64,000 nt of DNA from Actinomycetota bacterium (GCA_029978705.1 JAPOIY010000010.1:13335-77334); one strand, 5' to 3'; shown: positions 44,277 to 55,897, counted from the first letter of the stretch. The notes: generated from the letters alone by a model not told the origin. Numbers and translations are program-made.

Positions 44277-46034
44277 TCAGGAGTTGACGAGGGCGACCAG
44301 TTCCGCGACCGCGTCGACCGCCGGGACGGTGTGCCGGTCTCCGCTACGCCGGTCCTTGACCTCGACGTTGCCCTCTGCGAGGGCCTTTCCGACGATCACG
44401 ATCGTCGGGATTCCGATGAGGTCGGCGTCGTTGAACTTCACACCCGCGGACACCCCGGTGCGGTCGTCGAGGAGCACGGTCAGCCCGGCCGCCTCCAACT
44501 GTCCCGCCAGGTCCTCGGCCGCCGCGGCGATCTCCTCGGCCTTGCCGGCCACCACGATGTGGATGTCGGCAGGTGCGACGGAGCGGGGCCAGATGAGGCC
44601 CCGGTCGTCGTGGTTCTGCTCGGCGATGGCCGCGACGGCGCGGCTGACCCCGATCCCGTAGCTGCCCATCGTGACCGTGACCAGGTCCCCGTTCTCGTCC
44701 AGGACCTGGAGTCCGAGAGCGTCTGCGTACTTGCGGCCCAACTGGAAGATGTGTCCGATCTCGATCCCCCGCGCGATGTCGAGGGGGGAGCCGCATGCGG
44801 GGCACGGGTCCCCGGCGCGGATCTCGGCGGCCTCGACGGTGCCGTCGGGTGTGAAGTCGCGGCCCGCCACCAGCCCGAACACGTGACGCCCCGCCTCGTC
44901 GGCGCCGGTGATCCAGCTGGTGCCGGTGACGACCCGCGGGTCGACGAGATACCGGATGCCGGAGGTGCCCGCCGTGCCGAGCACGCCGGGCCCGATGTAG
45001 CCACGCACCAGCGCCGGGTGGGCGGCGAAGTCGGCCTCCTCGAAGGGCGCGACGGTCGCGGGGCTGACCGTGGCCTCCAGCCTCTTCAGGTCCACGTCGC
45101 GGTCCCCCGGCAGGCCGACGACGAGTGGCTCAGTCGTGCCGTCCGGCAGGGTCAGCCGGACCACCACGTTCTTGAGCGTGTCGGCGGCCGTCCAGTCCCG
45201 GTCCGGGTGGCGCAGGTCGGGGCGGCTGTTCGCCGTGTCCACCAGGGCGGCGATGGTCTCGGTGTCCGGGGTGTCGGCGACGACGGCCGCAGGCAGCCCG
45301 GCGACCGGCTGCTGCGGAGGTGCGGGCACGGTGACTGCCTCCGTGTTCGCGGCGTAGTCGCAGGCGGTGCAGCGCACGAAGGTGTCCTCGCCGGACTCGC
45401 ACGGGGCCAGGAACTCCTCGCTGACCGAGCCGCCCATGGCCCCCGCCATGGCGCTGACGATGACGTACGACAGGCCGAGGTGGTCGAAGGTGCTGCGGTA
45501 GGCCGCCCGGTGGGCGTCGTAGCTGGCCTGCAGGCCCGCATCGTCGACGTCGAAGGAGTACGAGTCCTTCATGACGAACTCACGACCGCGCAGGATGCCG
45601 GCGCGCGGCCGCGCCTCGTCGCGGTACTTCGTCTGGATCTGGTAGATCGACAGGGGCAGGTCCTTGTACGAGGAGAACTCCTGCTTGACCATCAGCGTGA
45701 ACATCTCTTCGTGCGTCGGCCCCAGCAGGTAGTCGGTGCCCTTGCGGTCGCCCAGCCGGAACAGCGTGTCGCCGTACTCGGTCCAGCGGCCGGTGGTCTC
45801 GTACGGTTCCCGCGGCAGAAGGGCGGGGAAATGCACCTCCTGGAAGCCGGCTGCATCCATCTCGTCGCGCACGATGGCTTCGACGTTGCGGTACACGCGA
45901 TACCCCAGCGGCAGCCACGAGAAGACCCCTGGGGCCACCCGACGGACACATCCGGCCCGGACGAGCAGGCGGTGGCTGGGGACCTCGGCGTCAGCCGGGT
46001 CCTCACGCAGGGTGCGCAGGAACAGCGTCGACAT
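44277..46034 (-). CDS. proS: Proline--tRNA ligase (bacterial type, with INS editing domain)
   Basis: ORF 44277..46058. I prefer the ATG at 46034 ([24 protein letters not shown]..., the canonical ProRS N-terminus). Class II motifs are present, as is the C-terminal anticodon-binding domain. Confidence 0.95.
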   Translation of the reverse strand: MSTLFLRTLREDPADAEVPSHRLLVRAGCVRRVAPGVFSWLPLGYRVYRNVEAIVRDEMDAAGFQEVHFPALLPREPYETTGRWTEYGDTLFRLGDRKGTDYLLGPTHEEMFTLMVKQEFSSYKDLPLSIYQIQTKYRDEARPRAGILRGREFVMKDSYSFDVDDAGLQASYDAHRAAYRSTFDHLGLSYVIVSAMAGAMGGSVSEEFLAPCESGEDTFVRCTACDYAANTEAVTVPAPPQQPVAGLPAAVVADTPDTETIAALVDTANSRPDLRHPDRDWTAADTLKNVVVRLTLPDGTTEPLVVGLPGDRDVDLKRLEATVSPATVAPFEEADFAAHPALVRGYIGPGVLGTAGTSGIRYLVDPRVVTGTSWITGADEAGRHVFGLVAGRDFTPDGTVEAAEIRAGDPCPACGSPLDIARGIEIGHIFQLGRKYADALGLQVLDENGDLVTVTMGSYGIGVSRAVAAIAEQNHDDRGLIWPRSVAPADIHIVVAGKAEEIAAAAEDLAGQLEAAGLTVLLDDRTGVSAGVKFNDADLIGIPTIVIVGKALAEGNVEVKDRRSGDRHTVPAVDAVAELVALVNS

Positions 46035-46085
46035 GCGCAGCACGGGGACACCTTTCATGGGGACGTGCAGGAAGGATAACGCCGG

Positions 46086-46979
46086 TCACCCGCACGGCAG
46101 TGCGGCGAGGCGCCGGATTCCGCTGCGGTCCCCCGGGCCGATCTGGGAGTCGGAGTCCGCGGTGTGGTACATCAGCTGCGCCGGGTCGGTCACGTGTCCG
46201 AGGCCGAGCGCATGGCCGATCTCGTGCCGGTAGGGCACCGGCATGGCACGGGGGTCGAGTTCCGAGTCGAGGGCGTCCAGGAGGATCGTGCCCTGGCTGA
46301 TGACCCCCTGCTGCGGGCCCGGGGCCCAGTCGACGGGACCCACACCCCCGATGCCCAGGGCCTCGGCGAGGTCGGGGTGGCGGTAGCCGTCCCAGCGGGC
46401 CCCCGACTCCGTCATCGGCACCGCGTAGGTGATGGCGATCTCCCCGGACGGCACGGTGGCCGGGTCGACCGGGTACCGGCCGGCGCCGGTGCGCACGACG
46501 GGGTAGTCGGCGGGACCGCGGTAACTGAAGGTGTACCTGCCCCCGGAGGCCTGCGACCAGACCGCGAACGCCTGCTCCCAGCGGTCGATCTCCTTCTCGC
46601 GGGTGGAGCCGGCCGCCTCAGCTCCGGTGAAGTCGATCCGATAGCCGATGGTGCGCCCACCGCACCAGTGCGCGGCGGGAATGTCGGCCCCCACGGGGGC
46701 CGGGTGGCTGAACGTGTATCCGGGCCCGGAGCCGTCGTCGGGCGGGGAGGAGGCGGCGACCTCGTCCGCGTAGCCGATGGCGTTGTCGGCGGCCTGGTCG
46801 AGTTCGCTGGTGGCCACGGTCTCCTGGTCCACCCCGGCCTTCAGCGCGGTGGCCCGCTGCTGCAGGTCCTCGAAGTTGGTGAAGGCGTACCCCAGCCCGG
46901 CCACGAGGCCCAGACACAACAGCGCCGCCAGGGTGCCACCGACGACGGCGGCCGCGCGCGATCCCTTACCGCCGGACAC
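46086..46979 (-). CDS. Membrane-anchored metzincin (matrixin/M10-like) zinc metalloprotease
   Basis: 297 aa. N-terminal TM anchor (AAAVVGGTLAALLCLGLVAGLGYAF), zinc motif HEIGHALGLGH (HExxHxxGxxH), and a Met-turn candidate AQLMYH. Confidence 0.75.
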   Translation of the reverse strand: MSGGKGSRAAAVVGGTLAALLCLGLVAGLGYAFTNFEDLQQRATALKAGVDQETVATSELDQAADNAIGYADEVAASSPPDDGSGPGYTFSHPAPVGADIPAAHWCGGRTIGYRIDFTGAEAAGSTREKEIDRWEQAFAVWSQASGGRYTFSYRGPADYPVVRTGAGRYPVDPATVPSGEIAITYAVPMTESGARWDGYRHPDLAEALGIGGVGPVDWAPGPQQGVISQGTILLDALDSELDPRAMPVPYRHEIGHALGLGHVTDPAQLMYHTADSDSQIGPGDRSGIRRLAALPCG

Positions 46980-47030
46980 AACACCTCCCGTGGCGCCGGT
47001 CCAGGCGCACCGGTTCAGGATGCCACGGGA

Positions 47031-47888
47031 TCAGAACAGAACCGTGGCGAAACGTCCGACGGTGCGGAAGCCGGCGGCGCGGTACGCGCGCAGCGCGCCC
47101 TCGTTGTAGTCGTTCACGTAGAGGGACACCAGCGGGGACCGCCGCCGGGACAGGGCCACGACGGCCGCCATACCGTGCGCGGCGTGGCCGTGGCGGCGCC
47201 GGTCGGGCCGGGTCCAGACCCCCTGGATCTGGCACGCGCGGCGGGACAGGGCCCCGATCTCGGCTTTGAAGACGGGGCCGGCGGGGTCGAACCGGGCGAA
47301 GGACCGGCCGTCGGCGATGAGGTCCGCGACGCGGCGCCGGTAGGCGAACTCCATGCCGCCAGCCACCGGCGAGACCCCCACCTCCTCGGTGAACATGGCG
47401 ATACAGGCCGGGAAGAGCTGCGCCAGGTCGGCGCTTCGGGCCGTGCGCACGTCGGGGTCGGGGGCGACCGACGCGGGGGCGTCGGCGACCATCAGGTGCT
47501 GGTCGGCGCGCACCTCGCGGGCCGGTCCCCACGCCGGCTCCAGATGGCGCCACAGGTCGAGGACCTCGTCCGCGGGACCGACGATGGACGACGAGCGGCG
47601 GCGCTGCTGGGTGGCCCGGTACGCGAACGCCCGCCGGGCCGCATCGTCGGTGGCCACGGGGACGAGGTTCGCTCCGACGAGGAGAGCCCCGGTCAGCCGT
47701 CCCGGGGCGCCGTACCCCCAGAACGGGCCCCCCGGCGCGTAAGGTCCGAGACCCCCGGCGTCCAGGCGCGCCTCGGCGAAGCAGTGCGTGACCGGGTCGG
47801 CGGCGAGCAGTTGTCGCAGCTCCGGTTCGTCCTCCGGGCCGAGCGTGCGGACCACGTCGGTGCGTCCAGGGGCCGCCTCGGCGGTCAC
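47031..47888 (-). CDS. GNAT-family N-acetyltransferase (DUF4081 plus GNAT type found next to ispG in actinobacteria)
   Basis: GTG at 47888 overlaps the ispG stop as GTGA. This is the last 285 aa of ORF 47031..48839. The C-terminal GNAT core reads ...[24 protein letters not shown]...[13 protein letters not shown]. Confidence 0.75.
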   Translation of the reverse strand: MTAEAAPGRTDVVRTLGPEDEPELRQLLAADPVTHCFAEARLDAGGLGPYAPGGPFWGYGAPGRLTGALLVGANLVPVATDDAARRAFAYRATQQRRRSSSIVGPADEVLDLWRHLEPAWGPAREVRADQHLMVADAPASVAPDPDVRTARSADLAQLFPACIAMFTEEVGVSPVAGGMEFAYRRRVADLIADGRSFARFDPAGPVFKAEIGALSRRACQIQGVWTRPDRRRHGHAAHGMAAVVALSRRRSPLVSLYVNDYNEGALRAYRAAGFRTVGRFATVLF

Positions 47889-49039
47889 GGCGTGACGCCC
47901 ACCGTGGGGGTACCGGTGTCGGTGGCGTCTTCGGCGAGGCGGAGGGCTTCCTCGATGAGGGTCTCCACGATCGCCGCCTCGGGGACGGTCTTGATGACCT
48001 CGCCCTTGACGAAGATCTGTCCCTTGCCGTTGCCGCTGGCCACGCCGAGGTCCGCCTCCCGGGCCTCGCCCGGCCCGTTCACCACACAGCCCATGACGGC
48101 GACCCGCAGCGGGACGGTGAGACCCTGCAGCCCGGCGGTGACCTGCTCGGCCAGCGTGTAGACGTCGACCTGGGCGCGGCCACAGGAGGGACAGGACACG
48201 ATCTCCAAGCCCCGCTCCCGCAGGTTCAGCGACTCCAGGATGCCGCGACCGACCTTGACCTCCTCCACCGGCGGGGCGGACAGCGAGACGCGGATGGTGT
48301 CCCCGATCCCCTGGGACAACAGGGCGCCGAAGGCGACGGCGGACTTGATCGTGCCCTGCTGGGCGGGCCCGGCCTCGGTGACGCCCAGGTGCAGGGGGTA
48401 GTCGCACTGCTCGGCGAGCAGGCGGTAGGCCTGCACCATGATGACGGGGTCGTGGTGCTTCACCGACAGTTTGATGTCGCGGAAGCCGTGCTCCTCGAAT
48501 AGGGAGCACTCCCACAGGGCGGACTCCACGAGCGCCTCGGGGGTGGCTTTGCCGTACTTCTGCAGCAGGCGGGGGTCCAGCGAGCCCGCGTTGACGCCGA
48601 TGCGGATCGGGGTTCCGGCCTCCCCAGCAGCTTGGGCGATCTGCGCGACCTGGTCGTCGAACTTCTTGATGTTGCCGGGATTCACCCGCACCCCGGCGCA
48701 TCCGGCGGCGATCGCGGCGTAGACGTACTTCGGCTGGAAGTGGATGTCGGCGATGACGGGGATGGTGGACTTCTGGGCGATGATGGGCAGCGCTTCGGCG
48801 TCGTCGGCGCTGGGGACCGCGACCCGCACGACCTGGCACCCGGCCGCCGTCAACTCGGCGATCTGCTGCAGGGTGGCGTTGACGTCGGCAGTCAGCGTCG
48901 TGGTCATCGACTGGACCGACACGGGAGCATCGCCGCCGACCGCGACGGGGTGGGTGGGATGGCGCAGCACGACCTGACGGCTCTTGCGCCGGGGCGCCAG
49001 TGTGGCCACGGTCGGGGTGCCCAAGGGGATGGCGGTCAC
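47885..49039 (-). CDS. ispG: 4-hydroxy-3-methylbut-2-en-1-yl diphosphate synthase (flavodoxin) IspG/GcpE
   Basis: 384 aa. ...VSVQSMTTT...RVAVPS...GVRVNPGN...CPSCGR...[10 protein letters not shown], with the conserved Fe-S cysteines. Confidence 0.96.
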   Translation of the reverse strand: MTAIPLGTPTVATLAPRRKSRQVVLRHPTHPVAVGGDAPVSVQSMTTTLTADVNATLQQIAELTAAGCQVVRVAVPSADDAEALPIIAQKSTIPVIADIHFQPKYVYAAIAAGCAGVRVNPGNIKKFDDQVAQIAQAAGEAGTPIRIGVNAGSLDPRLLQKYGKATPEALVESALWECSLFEEHGFRDIKLSVKHHDPVIMVQAYRLLAEQCDYPLHLGVTEAGPAQQGTIKSAVAFGALLSQGIGDTIRVSLSAPPVEEVKVGRGILESLNLRERGLEIVSCPSCGRAQVDVYTLAEQVTAGLQGLTVPLRVAVMGCVVNGPGEAREADLGVASGNGKGQIFVKGEVIKTVPEAAIVETLIEEALRLAEDATDTGTPTVGVTP

Positions 49040-49103
49040 GAATACCTCCGGACGTGCGTTCCTCCAGTATCCCCGCCGTCCGGCCCGATACCCAAGTCGA
49101 GGT

Positions 49104-50105
49104 TCAGACGCAGGTCATGGACCCCTTGTCGGTGTAGTCCCCGTTGCCGGGGAAGTCGGCCGGGACGAACCGCCAGGACCAGGAACCGGCAGCGAGTTTC
49201 AGATCCAGGACCCCCATCGTCGTCCGGCTCTTGGTGACCACGGACGGTTGACTGGGTTTGCGCTTGAAGTGGGTGAGGTCGATCCCGCCGGTGCCGATCG
49301 TGATCTGTTGCAGCCCGTCGCGGTCCGGCTTCCCATCGGGGCCCAACCGGGGGAAGCGCTGGTACGTATGGTCATGACCGTTGAGGATGAGGTCCGCGTG
49401 CGCCTGGTGGAGCAGTTTCCAGAACGCCCGGGTGCCGTGCGCCGCCGGCTCCTTGCCCTTGTTGAACAGGGGCTGGTGCCAGAACGCCACGGTGCACTGC
49501 TTGGTGTTCCGCAGTTGTTTCCTCAGCCAGGTGTACTGCTCGGAGTCCTTGCCGCAGCCTCCCTTCAGGTACGTGCAGTCGGCGTTCAGCGCCAGTACCG
49601 TCCATCCGGGCAGTTCCTTGCGGTACCAGCCGTCGCCGGTGTGCCCCGCGACGCCGGTCCGGGCGGGACGGGCGGTGGTCCCGCCATTGAAGTAGGAGAA
49701 GTACCCCGCCGCATCCGGGTCGCGGTACTCGTGATTGCCCGGGACCGGCCACATGTGGTTGTCGGCGGGAGTGTCCCGGTCGAGGAACGGCTGGCCCCAC
49801 GTCATGTCGAAGACCAAGGAGAAGTCCCGTCGATACCCCGACTGGTACTGCAGGTCCCCCAGCATGAAGACCTTGTCGGGCTTCAGCGACTGCGCCGTCT
49901 CCGCGGTGTACTTCTGGCGGCAGGCCTTGCCGGTGCCCTCACCGTCGTTGTACCCGGGCCAGTTCGGTTGACAGGCGATGTCACCGACGGCCACGACGGA
50001 GGTGGTCGTGCCTGCGGCCGTGTCCGCTGCCGCAGCCCCCGGCCATCCGGTTCCGCCGACCGTCAGCATCCCCACCGCAACAAATGTCAGAGGGCCTACC
50101 CTCAT
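49104..50105 (-). CDS. Secreted calcineurin-like metallophosphoesterase
   Basis: 333 aa. Signal peptide [33 protein letters not shown] motifs [21 protein letters not shown], and NGHDHTYQR. The protein is Lys-rich and the gene has visibly lower GC than its neighbours. Confidence 0.8.
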   Translation of the reverse strand: MRVGPLTFVAVGMLTVGGTGWPGAAAADTAAGTTTSVVAVGDIACQPNWPGYNDGEGTGKACRQKYTAETAQSLKPDKVFMLGDLQYQSGYRRDFSLVFDMTWGQPFLDRDTPADNHMWPVPGNHEYRDPDAAGYFSYFNGGTTARPARTGVAGHTGDGWYRKELPGWTVLALNADCTYLKGGCGKDSEQYTWLRKQLRNTKQCTVAFWHQPLFNKGKEPAAHGTRAFWKLLHQAHADLILNGHDHTYQRFPRLGPDGKPDRDGLQQITIGTGGIDLTHFKRKPSQPSVVTKSRTTMGVLDLKLAAGSWSWRFVPADFPGNGDYTDKGSMTCV

Positions 50106-50121
50106 CGTTCCTCTCCTTCGG

Positions 50122-51435
50122 TCAACCGCCGAGCGTGATCGGCTTGACGATATCGGCCCAGATCACCAGCGCTCCCACCGCGATCAGCATGATGGCCACC
50201 GAGTAGGTCAGGGGGAGCAGCCGGGCCGTGTCGACGGGCCCGGGGTCGGGGCGGTCGCGCCACGACGCCCACTTGCGCCGGGCGCCCTCGTAGAGCGCGG
50301 CGGCCACATGGCCGCCGTCCAGCGGCAGGATGGGCAGCAGGTTGAACAGGAACAGGAAGAGGTTGAGGGACGCCGCCAGTCCGAGGAACGAACCGATCTT
50401 GGCGTCGAACGGCTCGTCCGCAGCCGCGATCTCGCCGCCCAGACGGGTCACCCCGACCACACTGACGGGGCTCTCCATGCTGCGTTCGCCGTTGGTGGCC
50501 ATTGTGACGCCGAGGCCGTAGAGCCGTTGCGGCATGGTCGCCAGGGCAGCGACCGACTGGGCGGAGATGTCCCACATGTAACCGGGCACAGCGGTGACGG
50601 GCAGACCCACGTAATCGACCGCGGGCCGGATGCCCAGGAAGGTCCGCGTCGTGGTCGCCCCGGTGGGCTGTCCCTGATCGTCGAACACCGGGTAGGGCAC
50701 CGCACGCAGTGGGACGGTGCGTGTGACCTCGGCGCCGTCGCGCAGCACGGTCACCTCGGTCGGTCCGGAGGCTGCCGCCAGGGCCGTGGCCACGTCGGTC
50801 CATTGGGTGATCGGCGTCCCGGCGATGGCGGTGATGGTGTCGCCCGGAAGGAACCCCGCGGCGGCCGCTGCGCTGGCGGTGCCGTCCGGGCACGTGCCGT
50901 CCGCGGCGGTGGCGCCCTGGGGGTTGGCCACCGTCGGGACACACGCCACCACGCTGTCCAACTGGGCAGTCGGCTGGGGCAGGCCGACCCCGACGAGCAT
51001 GATCCCGAACAGCACGATCGCGAGAATCAGGTTCATGAACGGGCCGGCCAGCATGACAGCGCACCGCTGGTGCACGGGCAGACGGTAGAAGACCCGGTTC
51101 TCGTCGCCGGGCTCGACCTCGGCCAGCGACTGCCGCCGCGCTTCCTCGACCATGTGGCCGAAGCGGCCGCCGGGTTCGGCGCGGTCGGGGCGCCCCGGCG
51201 GGTACATGCCGACGATGCGCACGTAACCCCCGACGGGGATGGCCTTCACGCCGTACCGCGTCTCACCCTTGACTTTGGAGACCAGGGCCGGCCCGAAACC
51301 GATCATGAACTCCGTGACCTTGGCCCCGTAGTGCTTGGCCGTGGCGAAGTGCCCGAACTCGTGCAACCCGATGGACAGGAAGATGAGCAGGATGAAGATG
51401 AGGATGCCGGTCACGTTGGCGATGACGTCTCCCAT
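50122..51435 (-). CDS. rip1: Site-2 (RIP) zinc metalloprotease, M50 family, with a PDZ domain
   Basis: 437 aa. HEFGH in TM1 (SIGLHEFGHFATAKH), a PDZ region, and a C-terminal NLLPILPLDGGH motif. It sits upstream of ispG and downstream of dxr, as rip1/rseP does. Confidence 0.9.
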   Translation of the reverse strand: MGDVIANVTGILIFILLIFLSIGLHEFGHFATAKHYGAKVTEFMIGFGPALVSKVKGETRYGVKAIPVGGYVRIVGMYPPGRPDRAEPGGRFGHMVEEARRQSLAEVEPGDENRVFYRLPVHQRCAVMLAGPFMNLILAIVLFGIMLVGVGLPQPTAQLDSVVACVPTVANPQGATAADGTCPDGTASAAAAAGFLPGDTITAIAGTPITQWTDVATALAAASGPTEVTVLRDGAEVTRTVPLRAVPYPVFDDQGQPTGATTTRTFLGIRPAVDYVGLPVTAVPGYMWDISAQSVAALATMPQRLYGLGVTMATNGERSMESPVSVVGVTRLGGEIAAADEPFDAKIGSFLGLAASLNLFLFLFNLLPILPLDGGHVAAALYEGARRKWASWRDRPDPGPVDTARLLPLTYSVAIMLIAVGALVIWADIVKPITLGG

Positions 51436-51454
51436 GAATCCCTCCCTGCTGGGG

Positions 51455-52606
51455 TTATCGGCCGGCCGCGATGACGTCTCGAGTGCGCTGCCGGGCCCAG
51501 GCGTCCGCGGCTAGGACGTCGGCGACACTGAGTTCGTTCCCGCCCGAGGCGGCGACCGCCTCGTAATCGGTGACAACGCGTTCCACGGTATCCACGATTC
51601 CCGGGAACGGCAGCGTGCGGTCCAGAAACGCCGCCACTGCGACCTCGTCGGCGGCGTTGAACACGGCCGGCAGCACTCCTCCCGCTGTCCCGACGCGAGC
51701 CGCGAGTCCCAGAGCGGGGAAGGCGGCGTGGTCGACCGGCTCGAAGGTCCAGGTGGCGGCCGTGCGCCAGTCGCACGCCGGGGCCGCCCCGGGGACCCGG
51801 TCGGGCCACGCCAGGCCCAGGGCGATGGGCAGGCGCATGTCGGGGGGGCTGGCCTGCGCGATGGTGGAGCCGTCGGTGAACTCGACCATGGAGTGCACGA
51901 CGGATTGCGGGTGCACGACCACGTCGATGCGGTCGAACCCGATGCCGAACAGCAGGTGCGCCTCGATGAGTTCCAGGCCCTTGTTCACCAGGGTGGCGGA
52001 GTTGATGGTGACCAGCGGCCCCATGTTCCAGGTGGGATGCGCGAGGGCCTGGGCGGGGGTGACGTCGTTCAGTTGCGCGCGGCTGCGTCCCCGGAAGGGG
52101 CCGCCGCTGGCGGTGAGGATGAGCCTTCGGACCTCTGCGGGGGCACCTGAGCGCAGCGCCTGGGCCAGCGCCGAGTGCTCGGAGTCGACGGGTACGATCT
52201 GGCCCGGCCGCGCCAACCGGGTCACGATGGGGCCCCCGATGATCAACGATTCCTTGTTGGCGAGAGCCAGGGTGGTCCCGGCCTCCAGCGCCGCGATGGT
52301 GGGCCGCAGTCCGGCCGCACCGGCCAGGCCGTTGAGTACCACGTCGCACCGCAGGGCCGCCAGCTCGGTGGCGGCGTCCGGGCCGGCCAGCACCCGCCGG
52401 CCGCCGGCCAGGGCCGGGGCCGCGGCGGGGTCCGCCACCGCCACGACCGGCACGTCGAACTGCTCGGCCTGGCGCAGCAGCACCTGCGGGTCGCTGCCTC
52501 CGGCCGCCAGCCCGACGACGCGGAAGCGGTCCGGGTTACGGGCGACCACGTCGAGGGCCTGAACCCCGATCGACCCCGTGCTGCCGAGGATCACGACGTC
52601 GCGCAT
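51455..52606 (-). CDS. dxr: 1-deoxy-D-xylulose 5-phosphate reductoisomerase
   Basis: ATG at 52606 (last 383 aa of ORF 51455..53653). [20 protein letters not shown]...NKESLI...VDSEHSA... Confidence 0.96.
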   Translation of the reverse strand: MRDVVILGSTGSIGVQALDVVARNPDRFRVVGLAAGGSDPQVLLRQAEQFDVPVVAVADPAAAPALAGGRRVLAGPDAATELAALRCDVVLNGLAGAAGLRPTIAALEAGTTLALANKESLIIGGPIVTRLARPGQIVPVDSEHSALAQALRSGAPAEVRRLILTASGGPFRGRSRAQLNDVTPAQALAHPTWNMGPLVTINSATLVNKGLELIEAHLLFGIGFDRIDVVVHPQSVVHSMVEFTDGSTIAQASPPDMRLPIALGLAWPDRVPGAAPACDWRTAATWTFEPVDHAAFPALGLAARVGTAGGVLPAVFNAADEVAVAAFLDRTLPFPGIVDTVERVVTDYEAVAASGGNELSVADVLAADAWARQRTRDVIAAGR

Positions 52607-53721
52607 CAGGCCTCCACAACGGCCGCGAGCTGGCCGCAGGCGCCGTCGATCTCTCGGCCCCGGGTGTCGCGAACCGTCACGGTCACCCCCTGCTCCCGCA
52701 CGCCGGAGACGAACTCGTCCTGGGCCCGGGGCGTCGCCGCGGTCCACCGCGATCCGGGGGTGGGATTCAGGGGGATGAGGTTGACGTGGGCCAGCCGCCC
52801 GGCCAGCAGCCGGCCCAGGGCGTCCGCGCGCCACCGCTGGTCGTTCACGTCGCGGATGAGGGCGTACTCGATGCTGTAGCGGCGACCGGTGCGTTCCGCG
52901 TAGGAGTCCGCCGCGGCCAGGACGTCGGCCACGGGCCAGCGGTGGTTCACGGGCACGAGCGTGTCCCGCAGATCGTCGTCGGGGGCATGCAGCGACAGCG
53001 CCAGGGTGACGGGCATCCCCTCGCCGGCCAGGTCGTGCATCCGGGGCACGAGACCGACCGTGGACACGGTGATGTTGCGGGCCGACATGTCGAAGCCCGC
53101 CGGGACGGGGTCGAGGATGCGGTGCAGCGCTGCGACGAGGGCGCGGTAGTTGGCCAGCGGTTCGCCCATGCCCATGAACACGATGTTGGTCAGGTGGTCG
53201 GGGGATCCGGGGAAGGCGCCCGAGGCGACCAGTACGCGGGCCCGGCGGACCTGCTCGACGATCTCGGCGGTCGACAGGTTGCGGGTCAGGCCCTGCTGCC
53301 CGGTGGCGCAGAACGGGCAGCCGATGCCACAGCCGGCCTGCGACGAGACACAGGCCGTGACCCGCTCGGGGTAGGCCATCACCACGCTCTCCACCACGGC
53401 TCCCCCGGTCAGCCGCCAGGCCGCCTTCACGGTGTCGCCGGCGTCGCATGCCTGGGTCGTGACCTCGGTCAGCAGTTGCGGGAACCACCGCTCGGCGACC
53501 TGAGGGCGCAGCGCGGCGGGCAGGTCGCTCCAGGCCAGCGGGTCGGCCTCGTCGTGCCCGTAGTAGCGCCGCGAGATCTGGTCGGCGCGGAATCGCGGGA
53601 GTGCCGCCTCGGTCACGGCCGCCACCCGGGCCGCGGGGTCCAGGTCCGCCCACTGCTGCGGCGGACGTGCGGCCCGGGTCCGCCGCCCCGCCGTGATGCC
53701 GGGCAGGTCGAGGTCCGTCAT
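52606..53721 (-). CDS. rlmN: 23S rRNA/tRNA adenine-C2 methyltransferase RlmN (radical SAM)
   Basis: 371 aa. [19 protein letters not shown] radical-SAM cluster motif, ...[10 protein letters not shown]..., and a C-terminal catalytic Cys ([11 protein letters not shown]). Confidence 0.93.
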   Translation of the reverse strand: MTDLDLPGITAGRRTRAARPPQQWADLDPAARVAAVTEAALPRFRADQISRRYYGHDEADPLAWSDLPAALRPQVAERWFPQLLTEVTTQACDAGDTVKAAWRLTGGAVVESVVMAYPERVTACVSSQAGCGIGCPFCATGQQGLTRNLSTAEIVEQVRRARVLVASGAFPGSPDHLTNIVFMGMGEPLANYRALVAALHRILDPVPAGFDMSARNITVSTVGLVPRMHDLAGEGMPVTLALSLHAPDDDLRDTLVPVNHRWPVADVLAAADSYAERTGRRYSIEYALIRDVNDQRWRADALGRLLAGRLAHVNLIPLNPTPGSRWTAATPRAQDEFVSGVREQGVTVTVRDTRGREIDGACGQLAAVVEA

Positions 53722-54563
53722 GAGCCGAGCAGGACGGTGAACAGGGCCCAGGACACGAAGGCGTTCGGGATCAGGGAGTCGAGCCGGTCCATGAGACCGC
53801 CGTGCCCGGGCATGATCGATCCCATGTCCTTGATGCCGAGGTCGCGTTTGACCGCGGACTCGATGAAGTCACCCAAGGTGGCCGTGATCGTCATGATCAC
53901 GCCGACGATGGCTCCCTCCCACCACTCCCCGCTGAGCAGGGTGACGAACAGCACGACGCCGAGGATCACCTGGAACACGACGGACCCCGCGAAGCCCTCC
54001 CAGGACTTCTTGGGGCTGATCTGGGGGGCCATCGGGTGTTTGCCGAACAGCACGCCGGCGGCGTATCCCCCGATGTCGCTGCCGATCGTCAGGCAGATGA
54101 ACGTCAGGATGCGCCAGGCGCCGTTGCCGGTGGCGAGGGTGAGTACGGCGAAGCCGAGCATCAGCGGCAGGTAGGCCGCGACGAAGACCGAGGCCGTCGC
54201 GTCGCGCACGTAGTGCTCGGTCCCCACCGTCAGGCGCCACACGAGGATCACCAGGATCAGGGCGGCGAAGACCCCCAGGTAGGCGGTGGTGCCGAAGGCG
54301 TACGCGACCCATCCGATGATGGGGACCGCGATCAGGATCGGCCAGCGGACGATCTTGATGTCCCGGGCCGCGAACCCGTTGCTGATCTCCGTCACGCCGA
54401 TCCACAGCGCGATGACGGCCAGGGGGATGAACAGCCACTTCTGGAACACGAGGCTCGCCAGGGCCAGGAGGCCCAGTGCGACCCCGGCGGCGATGGCGAC
54501 GGGGAGATTGCGCCCCGCCTTGGACGGCTGGGCGGCGGTGTCGGCCCCGGCTGGTTCGGCCAT
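53718..54563 (-). CDS. cdsA: Phosphatidate cytidylyltransferase
   Basis: 281 aa, polytopic. C-terminal signature [28 protein letters not shown]. Confidence 0.9.
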   Translation of the reverse strand: MAEPAGADTAAQPSKAGRNLPVAIAAGVALGLLALASLVFQKWLFIPLAVIALWIGVTEISNGFAARDIKIVRWPILIAVPIIGWVAYAFGTTAYLGVFAALILVILVWRLTVGTEHYVRDATASVFVAAYLPLMLGFAVLTLATGNGAWRILTFICLTIGSDIGGYAAGVLFGKHPMAPQISPKKSWEGFAGSVVFQVILGVVLFVTLLSGEWWEGAIVGVIMTITATLGDFIESAVKRDLGIKDMGSIMPGHGGLMDRLDSLIPNAFVSWALFTVLLGS

Positions 54564-54564
54564 G

Positions 54565-55122
54565 TCAGACCTCGAGCAGCTCGGATTCTTTGTGTTTCAG
54601 CATCTCGTCGATGTGAGCCACATGCCGGTGGGTGACGTCGTCGAGGTGCTTCTCGGCCCGCTTGACGTCGTCCTCCCCCGCATCGCCGTCCTTCGCCAGC
54701 TTGTCGAGGACCTGGTTGGCGTGTCGCCGGATGTTGCGGATGGAGACGCGGGCCTCCTCCGCCTTGTGCTTGGCGGTCTTGATGTACTCGCGGCGCCGCT
54801 CCTCGGTGAGCTGGGGCATGACCACCCGCACAATATTGCCGTCGGAGGCGGGGTTCACCCCCAGGTCCGAGTCCCGGACCGCGCGCTCGATGGCGTCGAT
54901 GACCGACTTGTCATAGGGGGTGATGATCATCATCTGGGCTTCGGGCGACGCGAACGACGCCAGTTGCTGGACCGGCGTGGGGGTGCCGTAGTAGTCGACG
55001 GTGATCTTGGCGAACATCGCGGGGTTCGGCCGGCCGGTGCGGATCGCGGCGAAGTCCTCCTGGGCGACCGCCACCGCCTTGTCCATCTTGTCCTCTGCTT
55101 CGAGCAGCGTGTCGTCGATCAC
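54565..55122 (-). CDS. frr: Ribosome recycling factor
   Basis: 185 aa: [37 protein letters not shown]... Confidence 0.97.
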   Translation of the reverse strand: MIDDTLLEAEDKMDKAVAVAQEDFAAIRTGRPNPAMFAKITVDYYGTPTPVQQLASFASPEAQMMIITPYDKSVIDAIERAVRDSDLGVNPASDGNIVRVVMPQLTEERRREYIKTAKHKAEEARVSIRNIRRHANQVLDKLAKDGDAGEDDVKRAEKHLDDVTHRHVAHIDEMLKHKESELLEV

Positions 55123-55156
55123 GGTTCACTTCCTGTCGGGGCGCCCTGAAGGGGGC

Positions 55157-55897
55157 TCAACTGATGAGCGTACCGATCCTCTCACCCCGAACGGCCCGTG
55201 CGATGTTGCCCTTCTCCAGAAGGTTGAACACCACGATGGGCAGGTCGTTGTCCCGGCACAGGCTGATGGCCGTCGCGTCGGCGACCTTGAGGTCGCGTTG
55301 CAGGACGTCGTCGTAGGACAGTTCCTCGAACCGGTGAGCGTCGGGATTGGTGCGGGGATCGCTGTCGTAGACCCCGTCCACGCCCTTGGCCATGAGCACG
55401 ACGTTCGCCCCGATCTCGAGCGCCCGCTGGGCGGCCGTCGTGTCGGTGGAGAAGTACGGTGCCCCCAGGCCGGCCCCGAAGATGACGACGCGGCCCTTGG
55501 CGAGGTGACGCATCGCGCGCCGCGGGATGTACGGCTCGGCGACCTGGCCCATGGCAATCGCGGTCTGCACCCGGGTCTCGATGCCCTCCTTCTCGCAGAA
55601 GTCCTGCAGCGCCAGGCAGTTCATGACCGTGCCCAGCATCCCCATGTAGTCCGCGCGGGCGCGGTCCATGCCGTGTTCGGACAGTTGGGCGCCGCGGAAG
55701 TAGTTGCCGCCCCCGATCACGACGGCGACCTGGGTGCCGCCGCGGACCACGTCGGCGATCTGGCGGGCGATGGACCGGACCACGTCCGGGTCCACGCCGA
55801 GTCCACCGCCGCCGGCGAACGCCTCACCGGACAGTTTCAGCAGAACGACGGGCCAGCCGCCCGGGGGGACGGCGGGCCACGTGGGTTCGTCGGACAC
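55157..55897 (-). CDS. pyrH: UMP kinase
   Basis: GTG at 55897 (last 246 aa of ORF 55157..56674), preceded by [17 protein letters not shown]...[11 protein letters not shown]... Confidence 0.95.
   Translation of the reverse strand: MSDEPTWPAVPPGGWPVVLLKLSGEAFAGGGGLGVDPDVVRSIARQIADVVRGGTQVAVVIGGGNYFRGAQLSEHGMDRARADYMGMLGTVMNCLALQDFCEKEGIETRVQTAIAMGQVAEPYIPRRAMRHLAKGRVVIFGAGLGAPYFSTDTTAAQRALEIGANVVLMAKGVDGVYDSDPRTNPDAHRFEELSYDDVLQRDLKVADATAISLCRDNDLPIVVFNLLEKGNIARAVRGERIGTLIS

Noticed and set aside
51455-51462. Exact sigma-28/WhiG -10 consensus GCCGATAA (minus strand), 19 nt upstream of the rip1 start. This is tempting because whiG is in the same window.
   Set aside because: No TAAA-like -35 lies 15-16 nt upstream (the sequence there is ...CACTCGAGACG...). 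The 8-mer includes the dxr TAA stop codon, and about one such match is expected by chance in 128 kb of two-strand sequence at this GC content.
51455-53653. Tracked ORFs whose N-terminal halves run through the upstream gene: 51455..53653, 55157..56674, 59312..61069, 60897..63248, 47031..48839, 29444..30658, 22981..24435, 11383..12372, 567..1838, 2960..3904 and 17695..19056.
   Set aside because: Only the C-terminal portion shows family motifs. The upstream portion overlaps another conserved gene in a different frame and is Arg/Pro/Gly junk. An in-frame ATG or GTG sits exactly on the upstream gene's stop codon (ATGA/GTGA), so I used those internal starts.
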